DNA of 64,000 bases from Eledone cirrhosa. Lineage: Eukaryota. This document shows positions 36,410 to 53,521 of the stretch, piece by piece (position 1 is the stretch's first letter; each line of letters begins with the position of its first letter). The translations under genes were made by a program, and so were the position numbers. The notes under the pieces are model-generated. The model made no database searches. It saw nothing but the letters and a program-made list of their open reading frames with translations, and was not told the origin of the DNA. The DNA lies in assembly GCA_964016885.1 (NCBI GenBank), contig OZ024763.1, positions 1,922,001 through 1,986,000 of the forward strand. Direction: 5' to 3'.

Positions 36410-36915
36410 GTGATGTGTCCTTGAGCAAGACACTTTATTTCAGGTTGCTCCAGTTTAGTCAGATGTAGAAATGAGTTGCGATGTCACTGGTGCCAAGCTG
36501 TATCACTACTTGCCTTTCCCTTGGACAACATTTTATATAGTGTATATATATATATATAGTATATATACACACTATATATACTGTATATGTTGTGACATTA
36601 CTGGTGCCAAGCTGTATCACCGCTTGCCTTTCTCTTGGACAACATTTTATATAGTGTATATATATATATATATAGTATATATACTGTATATGTAGTGTAT
36701 ATATATGTTGTGACATCACTGGTGCCAAGCTGTATCAACCATTACCTTTCCCTTGGACAACATCTGTAGCGTCGAGAGGAGAGACTGGTACGCATGGGCG
36801 ACTGTTGGTCTTCCACAAATAACCTTGCCCGGACTTGTGCCTCAGAGGGGAACTTTCTAGATACAAATCCCTTGGTCATTCATGACAGAAAGGGGTCTTT
36901 ACTCTTTACCCTTAT
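36410..36915 (+). mobile_element. CORE-like SINE body with an internal triplicated segment
   Basis: CCTTGAGCAAGACACTTTATTTC; ACTGGTGCCAAGCTGTATCA...CTTGGACAACA occurs three times, separated by TA-rich DNA. Confidence 0.75.
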
Positions 36916-37064
36916 GCCAGATATAGCTCTCTATGGTGCTGCTATCGTTCAATAGATAGTATAAGTGACAGTTCTTATAGGATTGGTATTTGTGATGAGG
37001 TATAATGGATACTTGAATAAACACAAAGACAGGAGATAAATTGCTCATATTTTATTTCAGGATA

Positions 37065-37228
37065 TAAACGTGGTTGGCATTAGGAAGGGCATCCAGCCGT
37101 AGAAATCAAGCCAGAAACACTCCTATTTGAGCGAGACATTTCACTTGACACAACTTGCCTCAAAATAGGACCCGTTTTAACCCATGCTAGTGTACAAGAT
37201 GGACATTAATCGATGATGATGATGATGT
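37065..37228 (+). mobile_element. RTE-related SINE-like element with (GAT)n tail
   Basis: GGCATTAGGAAGGGCATCCAGCCGTAGAAA...CCCATGCTAG...(GAT)n. Confidence 0.72.
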
Positions 37229-37444
37229 AGATTTTTTGGGGAGGGAATTTTTGTGGGTCTGGTGGGTGCGTCTTGGTGTTACGCAATTACGCAATCCCCA
37301 ACATGAGGGGGGGAAAAAACCTTTGTCAGGTAAAAACCCCAAAACATCATGAGAAAAAATAATATTTCGATATGCCATTAACGTGTCATTTTATCAATAT
37401 ATTTGGATATTTTAATATTTGCTTTTCTTTCTCCGATATTGATA

Positions 37445-37484
<40 letters not shown>

Positions 37485-37697
37485 CATTATCATGTTATTT
37501 GAAGAAGGTTTACCAATATCGCATCAATTGCATAACTACACAAGACAGACAGACCCTCCCCACTGTTGCTACAGTCGCCTCCCTACCATCGCCAAAAATA
37601 TGACAGGCAGACCCTCCCCCCTTTCTGCTCCCCGCCTCCCCCAGAAATATACGTCATGAAATATATGAAAAATTAATCTCAACTTTTTGTATTAATT

Positions 37698-39235
<1,538 letters not shown>

Positions 39236-40228
39236 AAAACTATCTATTTAAATATTTCTGGCTCAGTCAATTTGTCCGCTTGTCTGTCATCTGGTCCCTG
39301 TTGAATTGTGGTGTGGTGGAGGACCTGGTGTTGCACAGTGGTGGGGTGGAGTGGTGTGGTGAAGAGGTGTGGTGGAGTAGAGTGGTGGAGGACCTGGTGT
39401 TGTACAGAGGTGGAGTGGTGTGGTGTGGTGGTGTGGTGGAGTGGTGTGGTGGTGTGGTGGAGTGGTGTGGTGGTGTACAGAGGTGGTGGAGTGGAGTGGA
39501 GTGTGGTGGACTGGTGTAGTGGTGGAGTGGTGTGGTGTGGTGGAGTCGTGTACAGAGGTGGTGTGGTGGAGTGGTGTAGTGGTGTACAGAGGTGGTGGAG
39601 TGGAGTGGTGTGGTGTAGTGGTGTACAGAGGTGGTGTGGTGGTGTACGGAGGTGGTGTGGTGGAGAGGTGTGGTGGAGTGGTGTGGTGTGGTGGAGTGGT
39701 GTGGTGGTATACAGAGGTGGTGTGGTGGAGTGGTGTGGTGTGGTGGTGTACAGAGGTGGTGTGGTGGTATACAGAGGTGGTGTGGTGGAGAGGTGTAGTG
39801 GTATACAGAGGTGGTGTGGTGGAGTGGTGTGGTGGTATACAGAGGTGGTGTGGTGGTATACAGAGGTGGTGTGGTGGAGAGGTGTGGTGGAGGATAACAA
39901 TATTCTAATCACCATGACATTGGAATGCAGTGCCTGTCTAGTGGCTGTTGCAATTACTGCACGTGTGTTTGAAGTTATTCCTTACCTACCCTCCTACCAG
40001 CCACCCACACTACACCGACCGCCACCTCCCACCTCATTTCTCTCTCTCTATATATATATATCCCTCTCTCTCTATCTATATCTCTCTATCTCTCTATCTA
40101 TCTTTATCTCTGTGTCTCTCTCCCTCTCTCTCTCTCTATATATATATATCTCCCTCTCTCTCTCTATCTATATCTCTCTATCTATCTTTATCTCTATGTC
40201 TCCCTCTCTCTCTCTATATATATATATA

Positions 40229-40299
<71 letters not shown>

Positions 40300-42034
40300 A
40301 TCTCTCTCTCTATATATATATATATATATCCCTCTCTCTCTCTCTCTATCTATCTCTATCTATATCTCTCTATCTATCTTTATCTCTCTATCTCTCTATC
40401 TATCTTTATCTCTATCTCTCTCTCCCTCTATCTCTCTATCTATCCCTCTCTCTATCTATCCCTCTCTCTATCTATCCCTCTCTCTATCTATCCCTCTCTC
40501 TATCTATCCCTCTCTCTATCTATCCCTCTCTCTATCTACCCCTCTCTCTATCTATCCCTCTCTCTATCTATCCCTCTCTCTATCTACCCCTCTATCTCTC
40601 TTTTATGCATCTCTTGTATTTGTCACAGTTGTCTTTCTGTCACATCAAACGTCTCTTGGATGTGTGGTTGTGTGTGTAGCTGTGTGGCTGTGTGTGTGTG
40701 TGTGTGTGTGTGTGTGGCTGTGTCTGTGTGTGGCTGTCTGTGTGTGTCTGTGTGTGTGGCTGTATCTGTGTGTGGGTCTGTGTGTGTGTGTGTCTGTGTG
40801 TGTGTGACTGTGTGTGTGTGTGTGGCTGTGTCTGTGTCTGTGTGTGTGTGGCTGTGTCTGTGTGTGTGTGTGGGTCTGTGTGTGTGTGTGTGTCTGTGTG
40901 TTTGTCTGTGTGTGGCTGTGTCTGTGTGTGGCTATGTGTGCGTGTGGCTGTGTGTGTGTGTGTGTGGCTGTGTGTGTGTGTGTGGCTCTGTCTGTGTGTG
41001 ACTATGTAGCTGTGTGTGTAGCTATGTGTGTGTGTGTGGCTGTGTCCATGTGTGACTGTGTAGCTGTGTGTGTGTGTGTAGCTGTGTCTATGTGTGACGG
41101 TGTGTGTGTGGCTCTGTCTGTATGTGTGACTGTGTGTGTGTGCTCTGTCTATGTGTGTGACTGTATTTATGGCTGTGACTGTGTGTGTGTTAGGGGACAG
41201 GGGTGCCGGAAACATTAGGGTGTAGGGTGTAAGTTATCGAGGTGCAGCGAGTGTAGGAGATGGGGTGGCGGCGGGGGAGGTGCCAGGGTGGCGGGGTATT
41301 AGCAGGGTGGAGATGTACATTGGAATGTCTCTAACTCTATTCAAGCTGGCTTGGCAACTACAATGCAGCGATGTGTGTCTGGGGGTGTGTGTGGGGATTG
41401 TGTGTGTGTGTGTGGGGATTGGGGTGTGTGTGGGGATTGTGTGTGTGTGTGGGGGGGTAGTCCCCCTCTCTCTCTCTCATGCCTCTCTCTCTCCCTCTCC
41501 ACCCCCTCTCCCTCTCTCTAGAAATGTCTACTCCTGCAGTCACAGTCACTTGTGAAGCCATTAAAACCATTCTTGTGGAACCTCAAACAGCCTCTCTCTC
41601 CTTCCTCCCACCACCACTACACCACCCCTACCACCAACACCACCACCACCACCACCACCACCATTACCACCACCATTACCACCACCACCACCACCACTAT
41701 TACCACCATTACCACCACCATTACCACCACCACCACCACCACCACTACACCACCACTATCACCACCACCACCCACCACCACCACTATCACCACTACCATT
41801 ACACCATCACCACTACACCACCACCACCACCCACCACCACCACCCACCACCACCACCCACCACTACCACCCGGCACTACTGCAAAGGAATGCTGCAGGAT
41901 ATTTTTGCATTTCATCACTGGGAGGTGGTGGTAGTTGGTGGGTGGTGGGTGGTGGTGGTGGTGGTGGTGGTGGCTGTGTCGTCAGTGTCACAGACAGAGG
42001 TGGTGCTGAAGGTGGTAAATGTGGTGGTGGTGGT

Positions 42035-42425
42035 GGTGATGCCTGGGGGGTGCTACAGGCAATGCTGTGATGGTAGTGGTGATGTTGTGGGTGATGGTGG
42101 TGTTGGTGATGATGGTGATGCTTGGGGGGTGCTACAGGCAATGCTGTGATGGTAGTGGTGATGTTGTGGGTGATGGTGGTGTTGGTGATGATGGTGATGC
42201 TTGGGGGGGTGCTACAGGCAATGCTGTGATGGTAGTGGTGATGTTGTTGTGGGTGATGGTGGTGTTGGTGATGATGGTGATGCTTAGGGGGTGCTACAGG
42301 CAATGCTGTGATGGTAGTGGTGTTGTTGTGGGTGATGGTGGTGTTGGTGATGATGGTGATGCTTGGGGGGGGGGTGCTACAGGCAATGCTGTGATGGTAG
42401 TGGTGATGTTGTTGTGGGTGATGGT
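42035..42425. repeat. ~80-bp minisatellite (5 units)
   Basis: GCTACAGGCAATGCTGTGATGG recurs every ~80 bp. Confidence 0.92.
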
Positions 42426-42639
42426 GGTGGTGCTAATGACTCTACAGGCAGGGATGGCGGTGGTGTGGTGACTGTCATGTTATAGGCAGTGCTGCTGGGG
42501 TGGAGCTGGTGGTGGTAGTGGTGGAGGTATTGGTGGTAGTAGTGGTGGTCGTGGTGGTAGTGGTGGTAGTAGTAGTGGTAATAATAGTGGTAGTATTGAT
42601 GGTGGTGGTGGTGGTGGTGGTACTGGTTAAGGTATTGGT

Positions 42640-43460
42640 GGTGGTAGTGATGGGGGGGTAGTGGTGATAGTATTGGTGGTGGTGGTAGTAATTATAGTAT
42701 TGGAGGTGGTAGAGGTGGTAGTGATAGGGGGTAGTGGTGATAGTATTGGTGGTGGTGGTAGTAGTTATAGTATTGGTGGTGGTAGTGATAGGGGGGGTAG
42801 TGGTGATAATATTGGTGGTGGTGGTAGTAATTATAGTATTGGAGGTGGTAGAGGTGGTAGTGATAGGGGGGTAGTGGTGATAGTATTGGTGGTGGTGGTA
42901 GCAGTTATAGTATTGGTGGTGGTAGTGATAGGGGGGGTAGTGGTGATAATATTGGTGGTGGTGGTAGTAATTATAGTATTGGAGGTGGTAGAGGTGGTAG
43001 TGATAGGGGGGTAGTGGTGATAGTATTGGTGGTGGTGGTAGTAGTTATAGTATTGGTGGTGGTAGTGATAGGGGGGGGTAGTGGTGATAATATTGGTGGT
43101 GGTGGTAGTAATTATAGTATTGGTGGTGGTAGTGGTGGTAGTGATAGGGGGGGTAGTGGTGATAGTATTGGTGGTGGTGGTAGGGGGGGTAGTGGTGATA
43201 GTTTTGGTGGTGGTGGTAGTGGTTATAGTGTTAGTGGTGGTGGTAGTGATAGGGGGGGGGGTAGTGGTGATAGTATTGGTGGTGGTGGTAGTAATTATAG
43301 TATTGGTGGTGGTGGTGGTGGTAGTGATAGGGGGGTAGTGGTGATAGTATTGGTGGTGGTGGTAGTAATTATAGTATTGGTGGTGGTGGTGGTGGTAGTG
43401 ATAGGGGGGTAGTGGTGATAGTATTGGTGGTGGTGGTGGTAGTGGTTATAGTGTTAGTGG
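42640..43460. repeat. G-rich compound minisatellite (GTGATAGGGGGGTAGTGGTGATAGTATTGGT)
   Basis: Seen directly in the sequence. Confidence 0.9.
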
Positions 43461-45179
43461 TGGTGGCGGTGGTGGTGGTGGTGAAGTAGTTACAATGAAA
43501 GGGGCGGTGTGGCGTAAAGGTTGGGGGCTGAGTTTGTCATTGTTGCTAATTTGTAATTAATCATGTTAGCTGTTTCATTAGCCTGCATCTTCACATCACC
43601 ACCACACCGCCACCACCACCACCACCGCCACCACACCACCACCACCACCATCACCACCACCACACCACCACCTCCACCACATGTCATCCCCACCACCCAC
43701 ATGATTCCCACTACATCACCACCATCCATATGTCATCCCCACCACCACCACCACCACCTACAGCATCAATGCCACCATCCCCACCTCCACTGCCACTAAC
43801 ACCACCATCAACACCACACCCACCCACCATCAACACCAGCCCCACTATCACCTCCACCATCCCCACCAACCATCATCAATGCAACAACCACCACCACCAC
43901 CACCACCACCACCACCACCACCACCACCACCACCACCATCATCACCCTCCAACACCACAGCACCACCATCCCCACCACTACCACCACCATCCCCACCACT
44001 ACCACCACCATCCCCACCTACCACCATCAACACCACCACCACCACCATCACCATCACCAACACCACCATCACCCCTACCACCCCCACCCCCACCCCCACC
44101 CCCATAATTCCGACTCAGACATTCCTGGACAATAACTAACACAATTGATCAATATAATGGTAGTGGTGGTGGTGTGTGGGTGGAGGGCTGTGTGTAGGGG
44201 GTGGTGTGTGTGTAGGTGGGTGGGTGGGTGGGTGGAGGGTTGTATGTAGGGTGGGTGGGGGTGGGGGGAGTTGTGCGTGTATGGTTGTATGGTTGTTTGT
44301 GTGTGTGTGTGTATGGTTGTTTGTGTGTGCGTATGGTTGTTTGTGTGTGTATGGTTGTTTGTGTGTTTGTGTGTATGGTTGTGTGCGTATGGTTGTTTGT
44401 GTGTGTGTGTATGGTTGTTTGTGTGTTTGTGTGTATGGTTGTGTGTGTTTGTTTATGTGTGTGTGTGTGTGTGTGTGTGTGTTTTGTGTTTGTGTGTATG
44501 GTTGTGTGTGTGTGTGTGTATGGTTGTTTGTGTGTGTTTGTGTATAGTTGTTTGTGTGTGTGTGTATGGTTGTTTGTGTGTGTGTGTATGGTTGTCTGTG
44601 TGTGTGTGTATGGTTGTTTGTGTGTTTGTGTGTATGGTTGTTTGTGTGTGTGTGTGTATGGTTGTTTGTGTGTGCGTATGGTTGTTTGTGTGTGTATGGT
44701 TGTTTGTGTGTTTGTGTGTATGGTTGTGTGCGTATGGTTGTTTGTGTGTGTGTGTGTGGTTGTTTGTGTGTTTGTGTGTATGGTTGTGTGTGTTTGTTTA
44801 TGTGTGTGTGTGTGTGTGTGTTTTGTGTGTTTGTGTGTATGGTTGTGTGTGTGTGTGTGTATGGTTGTTTGTGTGTGTTTGTGTATAGTTGTTTGTGTGT
44901 GTGTGTATGGTTGTTTGTGTGTTTGTGTGTATGGTTGTTTGTGTGTGTGTGCGTATGGTTGTTTGTGTGTGTATGGTTGTTTGTGTGTTTGTGTGTATGG
45001 TTGTGTGCGTATGGTTGTTTGTGTGTGTGTGTATGGTTGTTTGTGTTTGTTTATGTGTGTGTGTGTTTTGTGTGCGTGTGTATACAAGTGATGAAGAAAA
45101 TATTCAATGTGTGAATGTGTGTGTGTATTTATAGTTGTGCTTGTGTGTACATGTGTGTGTGTATATATTTATATATATA

Positions 45180-45226
<47 letters not shown>

Positions 45227-48200
45227 ATGGGTATATTTGTGTACATGTGTGTGCGCATATGTATATATGTATGTGTGTATATGTATATATGTATGTGTGT
45301 ATATGTATATATGTATGTGTGTATATGTATATATGTATGTGTGTATATGTATATATGTATGTGTGTATATGTATATATGTATGTGTGTATATGTGTGTGC
45401 GTGGTTAATCAGATAAATCTCTCAAGACTTAGAAACTCTTTGCAGTGGCACCTCCCTCCCCTCCCTCACATGTCCCCACCCCACCCTCCATATCCCTACC
45501 CCCTATCCCCACCCTCCATATCCTGCCCCCTCCCCTATGTCCCCACCCACCCCCTATATCCCTACCCCCTATCCCCACCCTCCATATCCTGCCTCCTCGC
45601 CCATGTCCCCACCCCACCCCCTATATCCCTACCCCCTATCCTCACTCCAGTGTCATTGTCAACAGGATCTCCATCTATTTTAACCCCTTCTCTTTTGCTA
45701 AACCCTTTTATTTCAGTTAGTGTCCTTATCAACTCGTTGCATCACCACCACCACCACCACCACCACCACCACCACCATCACCACAACCACCACCACCACC
45801 ACCACTACCACCATCACCACCACCACCACCACCACCACCACCATCACCACTACCACCATCACCACCACCATCACCACCACCACCACCACCACCACCATCA
45901 CCACCACCACCACCACCACCACCACCATCGCCATCACCACCACCATCACCACCACCACCACCACCATCACCATCACCACCACAACCATCACCACCACAAC
46001 CATCACCACCACAACCATCACCACCACAACCATCACCACCACAACCATCACCACCACAACCATCACCACCGCAACCATCACCACCACAACCATCACCACC
46101 ACAACCATCACCACCACAACCATCACCACCGCAACCATCACCACCACAACCATCACCACCACAACCATCACCACCGCAACCATCACCACCACCACAACCA
46201 CCATCACCATCACCACCACCATAACCACCAACATCATAACCACCATCATCATAACCACCATCATCATAACCACCATCATAACCAACATCATAACCACCAT
46301 CATCATTACCACCATCATAACCAACATCATAACCACCATCATCATTACCACCATCATCATAACCACCATCATAACCATCATCATAACCACCATCATAACC
46401 ACCATCATAACCACCATCATAACCACCATCACCACAAACATAACATTGGCACCCCTTCTTATCACCACCACCACCACCACCACCATATTTTAACTAATGA
46501 TAGTTCCCCACCTTCTAACCCTTACCACTAACATATATCTAACAGGAGCAGCTCCCATGACCACCACCACCACCACCACCACCACCACCACCACCACCAC
46601 CAACATATAGCATCAGCCCTATCACTGCCACCACCACCACATTTTACCAACCCCACCACCACCACCACCACCACACAAGCCTGACATTATTGTCGCCTTT
46701 GTCATTGTATTATTACGTTATATTACATGAGTAGTAGTCCCCTACACCACCACCACCACTACAACTACCACTACCACCATTACCATCATCATCATCACCA
46801 CTACCACCACCACTACCACCACCACCACCACCACCATTACCATTGCCATCATCATCATCACCACCACCACCACCATCACCACCATCATCATCATCACCAC
46901 CATCATCATCACCACTACCACCACCACCATCACCATTACCATCATCACCACTACCACCACCACCATCACCATTACCATCATCACCACTACCACCACCACC
47001 ACTGCCATCATCATCATCATCACCATTACCATCACCATCATCACCACAACCAACACCACTACCACCACCACCACTGCAACAACCACCATTACCACCACCA
47101 CCACCACCACCAACACCATCATCAACACCACTAACACCATTATCACTGCCAGCACCACCACCTCCACATCAAAAACCAACACCATGACCACCACCACCAC
47201 CACCATGACCACCACCACCACCACCACTCCACCACCACCACCACCATCACCAATACCACCATCACTCCACCACCACCATGACCACCACCACCACCATGAC
47301 CACCATCACCACCATGACCACCATCAACACCATCACCACCACCACCACCATCAACACTATGACCACCACCACCACCACCACCACCACCATCACCACCACC
47401 ATCACCAATACCACCATCACTCCACCACCACCACCTTCATTACCATATTTCTAATTCCTCCCTTATAAGCAGATGACTCACACTCTCCCTCCCCCCCATC
47501 TCATATCTTGTCAAATTATTCAATGACAGAGAAATGATTCAGGTGACACAGAGAGGGGGCTGTGATGGGGTGGTGGTGGTGGTGTGGTGTAGGGTAGGGT
47601 GTGGTATGATGTAGGGTAGGGTGTGATGGTGGTGGTGTGGTGAAGGGTGCGGTGGTGTAGGGTAGGGTGTGGTGGTGGTGGTGTGGTGTAGGGTAGGGTG
47701 TGATGGTGGTGGTGTGGTAAGGGTGTGGTGGTGTGGTGTGGTGGTGTGGTGTAGGGTGTGATGGTGGTGGTGGTGTGGTGTAGGGTAGGGTGTGATGGTG
47801 GGTAGGGTGAGGTGGTGGTGGTGGTGTGGTGTAGGGTAGGGTGTGGTGGAGTATAGTGTGGTGGTGTGTGATGTGGTGGTGTTTGATATACTGTGGTGGT
47901 GGTGGTGGTGGTGGAGGGGCTTCACTCCCATTTCTCTCTCATCTTTATCTACCTTTCTATCCTATCTTAGACAATATCATCACCACCATCACCAACACCA
48001 CTGTTTACCATCATCATCACCACTGTCACCATCACCACCACTAATGCATACAGAACTATTATCTTAATTCCTTGTACCACCCCCACCTCTTCCTGGTAAT
48101 CAGTGTGGTGGTGTAATGGGGCTTAGTGTAGTGGTGATGGTATGGTGTGATGTGGTGGTTATATGGGGTGGGGTGATGGTATGGAGGGGTGTGGTGTGGT

Positions 48201-48699
48201 GTGGCGGCATGGTGGTGTGGTATTGTGATGGTATGGTGTGGTGGTGATGTGATGGTATGGTGTGGTGGTGATGTGATGGTAAAGTGTCGGTATGGTGCTG
48301 GTATGGTGGTGGTGAGGTGATGGTAAAGTGTCGGTATGGTGGTGTGGTATGGTGTAGTGGTGATGTGATGGTATGGGGAGGGGGGGGGGGGTAAGGTGTG
48401 GTGTGGTGGTGGTGAGGTGATGGTATGGTGTGGTGTGGTGAAGTGATAGTTAAATGTGTCATGTGAGGATGTAATGTGGTGTGGTAGTGTGATGGTATGG
48501 TGTGGTCAGATTATAGTATGTGGTGGTGGTAAGTTAATGGTATGGAAGGGATTTGTTTAATGGAGTAGAATTTCAAAGATTAACAACACTACCAACAACA
48601 ACAACAACATGTTATAAAAAGATAAGGATGGATTGATGGTTTTAGTAGTAGTAGTGGTGGTAGTATGGGCTGTGGTGGTGGTAATGCTACAATAGTTAT

Positions 48700-49795
48700 A
48701 TTGGTGGTGGTAGTGTTGGTGGTAGTATTGTAGTATCGGTAGTAATATTAATGATATTGGTGGTGGTATGGGTGGTGGTGTTATTTGTGGTGGTGTTGAT
48801 GGTGTTGGTGGTAGTATTGTAGTATCGGTAGTAATATTAATGATATTGGTGGTGGTATGGGTGGTGGTGTTATTTGTGGTGGTGTTGATGGTGTTGGTGG
48901 TAGTATTGTAGTATCGGTAGTAATATTAATGATATTGGTGGTGGTATGGGTGGTGGTGTTATTTGTGGTGGTGTTGATGGTGTTGGTGGTAGTATTGTAG
49001 TATCGGTAGTAATATTAATGATATTGGTGGTGGTATGGGTGGTGGTGTTATTTGTGGTGAAGTTGATGGTGTTGGTGGTAGTATTGTAGTATCGGTAGTA
49101 ATATTAATGATATTGGTGGTGGTATGGGTGGTGGTGTTATTTGTGGTGGTGTTGATGGTGTTGGTGGTAGTATTGTAGTATCGGTAGTAATATTAATGAT
49201 ATTGGTGGTGGTATGGGTGGTGGTGTTATTTGTGGTGAAGTTGATGGTGTTGGTGGTAGTATTGTAGTATCGGTAGTAATATTAATGATATTGGTGGTGG
49301 TATGGGTGGTGGTGTTATTTGTGGTGGTGTTGATGGTGTTGGTGGTAGTATTGTAGTATCGGTAGTAATATTAATGATATTGGTGGTGGTATGGGTGGTG
49401 GTGTTATTTGTGGTGGTGTTGATGGTGTTGGTGGTAGTATTGTAGTATCGGTAGTGATATTAATGATATTGGTGGTGGTATGGGTGGTGGTGTTATTTGT
49501 GGTAGTGTTGATGGTGTTGGTGGTAGTATTGTAGTATCGGTAGTGATATTAATGATATTGGTGGTGGTATGGGTGGTGGTGTTATTTGTGGTGGTGTTGA
49601 TGGTGTTGGTGGTAGTATTGTAGTATCGGTAGTAATATTAATGATATTGGTGGTGGTATGGGTGGTGGTGTTATTTGTGGTGAAGTTGATGGTGTTGGTG
49701 GTAGTATTGTAGTATCGGTAGTAATATTAATATTGGTGGTGGTATGGGTGGTGGTGTTATTTGTGGTGGTGTTGATGGTGTTGGTGGTAGTATTA
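48700..49795. repeat. 89-bp minisatellite (~12 units)
   Basis: GTATCGG at 48733, 48822, 48911 and onward. Confidence 0.96.
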
Positions 49796-50469
49796 GTGGT
49801 GGAGATGGTGGTAGTATGACATGAAAATGTCCAAGTTTAAATCTGTCCCAAGCCCAACTGGTCATCAGGCCACGGCTTCCCTCCGGTTCCTTCAGTCTTA
49901 AGTGACACAGTACAACATTGTTGTTGGAGGAGGTAGTATTTCTGTTGTTTTTAGCGGTAGTGGGGTTGGTGGTGGTGTTGTTTTTGTTGTTGGTGGTGTT
50001 GGTGGTGGTATTGTTGTTGTTGTTGGTGGTGGTGTTGTTGTTGTTGTTGTTGGTGGTGGTGTTGGTGGTTTTGTTGTTGTTGCTGATGGTAGTGTTGTTG
50101 TTCTTGTTGGTGGTGGTGTTGTCGTTGGTGGTGATAGTGATGGTGGTGTTGTCGTTGTTGTTGTTGTTGTTGTTGTTGTTGGTTTTGCTGTTGTTGTTGT
50201 TGATGATGCTGGTGGTGGTAGTGTTGGTGGTAGTGGGGTTGGTGGTGTTGTTGTTGGTGGTGGTGTTGGTGGTGATGGTGTTGGTGGTGGTGGTAGTGTT
50301 GTCGTCGTTGGTGGTGTTGGTGGTGGTAGTGTTGTCGTCGTTGGTGGTGTTGGTGGTGGTGGTGTTGGTGGTGGTGGTGGTGGTGTTGTTGGTGGTGATA
50401 GTGATGGTGGTGGTGTTGTTGTTGTTGTCTTCATCAGAAGTCAGTGGTTCTGTTGCTGTTGAGTTTTGA

Positions 50470-50651
50470 TAATTGTTTCTACTTTAGGCACAAGGCCAGC
50501 AATTACCCCAGTGTATTACTGGTGCTTTATTTTATCGACCCCGTAAGGATGAAAGGCAAAGTCAACCTCGGCGGGATTTGAACTCAGACTGTAAAGGGAC
50601 GTAACTCTATGCTGCAAAGCATGGCTTCAGACCCTCTACCGATACTGCCAA
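50470..50651 (-). mobile_element. SINE family S1
   Basis: Reverse complement of the S1 consensus. Confidence 0.88.
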
Positions 50652-52354
50652 AATGTTGCTTGAAAAGTTGAGGGTCTGAAATCCTTCCATGCCCTCCTCT
50701 CCTCACCATTCTTCAGAGGAATTAGAAGTTAACAGCAGGATGAAGGGGTGACAGTGTGTGGTGGGGTGTGGTGTTGGCTGACTGGACTGTCCAGGGGCTA
50801 AAGGGGAGAGGGGGAGGAATGTCGTAGGGTGGTCATGTGGGTTGGTGGCTGTCCCCTTCATTAGGGGACAGATGGATGCCAAGGATTGTCAGTTAGATCA
50901 ATGGGACCCCCCCCCCCCTTTCACTCTGTTTAGGGTACACTGGGATGGGGATTGGGGGAGAAAAAGGGATCCAGTTTCCTTCTTTCCTTGCAGCCAGGGT
51001 GGGGTGGTGGTGGTGATGATGGGAGATGGTGGGGGTTGATTGCTTCCTTTCTTCCTTCCATTCCCCCTTCCTTTTTGTTTTCGTCCCTTTGCCTCCATTC
51101 CACCACATATCAAATAAAACCACTGACTCACCTCTGGTGGTAAATACCATCATCACCATTACCACCACCACCACCATCACCATCACTACCACCACCATTA
51201 CCACCACCGTCACCATAACCATCATTATTACCACCACCACCACCACCACCATCACCACCATCATCATCACCATCACTACCATCACTACCACCATTACCAT
51301 CACTATTACCACCACCATCACCATCACCATCATCAACATCACTACCATCACCACCGCCACCATTACCACCACCGCCACCATTACCATCACTATTACCACC
51401 AACACTATTTCCATCATCACAACTACTACCACCACCACCACCACCACCACCATTATAATTATCATCGGCATCATCATCATCCTAACCAACACCATTATCA
51501 CCCCCACCACCACCACCACCCCTACTCAGCCTCAACTAAATTTCTCCCTCAGTCCCACTACAATAACAAAACTATCCCCATTACCACAAACACCACCACC
51601 ACCACCACCATCCTAACACAATACAACCATCACCATCACCACCACCACCACCACCGCTGCTACCATTACCATTGCCACCACCACCGCCACCACCACCCTC
51701 TTAACCATCAGCAGCACCACCACCACCACTACCACCACTACCATCTTAACCATCAGCACAATCACCACTGCCACCACCACCACCACCATCTTAACCATCA
51801 GCAGCACCACCACCTTAACCATCAGCAGCAGCACCACCACCACCACCACTACCACCACCACCATCTTAACCATCAGCAGCACCACTACCACCACCACCAT
51901 CTTAACCACCACCACCAGCAGCACCACCACCACTACCACCACCACCACCACCACCATCTTAACCATCAGCACAATCACCACCACCACCACCACCACTACC
52001 ACCACCACCATCTTAACCATCAGCAGCACCACTACCACCACCACCATCTTAACCACCACCACCACCACCACCACTACCACCACCACCACCACCACCATCT
52101 TAACCATCAGCACAATCACCACTGCCACCACCACTGCTACCATCACCACCACTGCTACCATCACCACCACTGCTACCATCACCACCACTGCTACCATCAC
52201 CACCACTGCTACCATCACCTCCACCACCACAAGAAGTGCCCCATATGCTACAGAGAGAGAGAGAGAGAGAGAGAGGCTATCTATTGTGTAGGGTGCAGTG
52301 TGTATGTGTGTGCTGGTGTTGGGGTGCAGTATGTATTTGTATGGCTGTCTGTCT

Positions 52355-52690
52355 GTGTGTGTGTGTGCCAGTCTATGGTGCGGGGTGGCGTGGTGCAGTG
52401 TGGTGTGTGTGTGTGTGTGTGCCAGTCTATGGTGCGGTGTGGCGGTGTGCAGTGTGGTGTGTGTGTGTGTGTGTGTGTGTGTGCCAGTCTATGGTGCGGT
52501 GTGGCGGTGTGCAGTGTGGTGTGTGTCTGTGTGTGCCAGTCTATGGTGCGGTGTGGCGTGGTGCAGTGTGGTGTGTCTGTGTGTGTGTGTGTGTGCCAGT
52601 CTATGGTGCGGTGTGGCGTGGTGCAGTGTGGTGTGTGTCTGAATGTGCCAGTCAGGTGCGGGGTGGTGTATGCTAGTCTATAGTGCTGCG
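52355..52690. repeat. Minisatellite GCCAGTCTATGGTGCGG...CAGTGTGG with variable (TG)n
   Basis: About 6 units. Confidence 0.88.
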
Positions 52691-52854
52691 GTGGGGCACG
52701 CTGTTAACAGAAGATGCATCATCAGTGATATTACAACTTGTAGCATAAACATAACTTCATTGTGATGCACAAGACAGTGCTGCAACTTTACATCAGGACT
52801 GCACCATAACTTTACTGCACTTTATACACATTCAACACTTTAATTCTCTCTCAT

Positions 52855-52859
52855 ACACA

Positions 52860-52891
<32 letters not shown>

Positions 52892-52893
52892 TG

Positions 52894-52940
<47 letters not shown>

Positions 52941-53390
52941 TCATATTTATTTAACCCTCTCTCTCCCACACTCTCTCTCTCTCTATTTCTATACAAACTT
53001 ATATATATATATATACACACTCATATTTATTTAATCCTCTCTCTCACACACTCTCTCTCTCTCTATTTCTATACAAAGTTATATATATATATATATACAC
53101 ACACTCATATTTATTTAACCCTCTCTCTCACACACACTCTCTCTCTATTTATATACAATGTTATATATATATACACTCATATTTATTTAACCCTCTCTCT
53201 CACTATTTCTATACAAACTTATATATATATATATACACACTCATATTTATTTAACCCTCTCTCACACACACACTCTCTCTCTCTCTCTATTTATATACAA
53301 AGTTATATATACATACATATACTCATATTTATATAACCCTCCTCTCTTTCTCTCTCTCTATACAAAGTTATATATACATACATACAATTA
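52855..53390. repeat. Compound repeat CACTCATATTTATTTAACCCTCTCT with (CT)n/(TA)n
   Basis: About 6 units. Confidence 0.85.
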
Positions 53391-53484
53391 TATACTTTAT
53401 ATATATATATATATATATATATAGTGTGTAAATATATATAAATATATTTTTTCTTTCACACACGTTCTTTCTCTCTTTCTTTAA

Positions 53485-53521
<37 letters not shown>

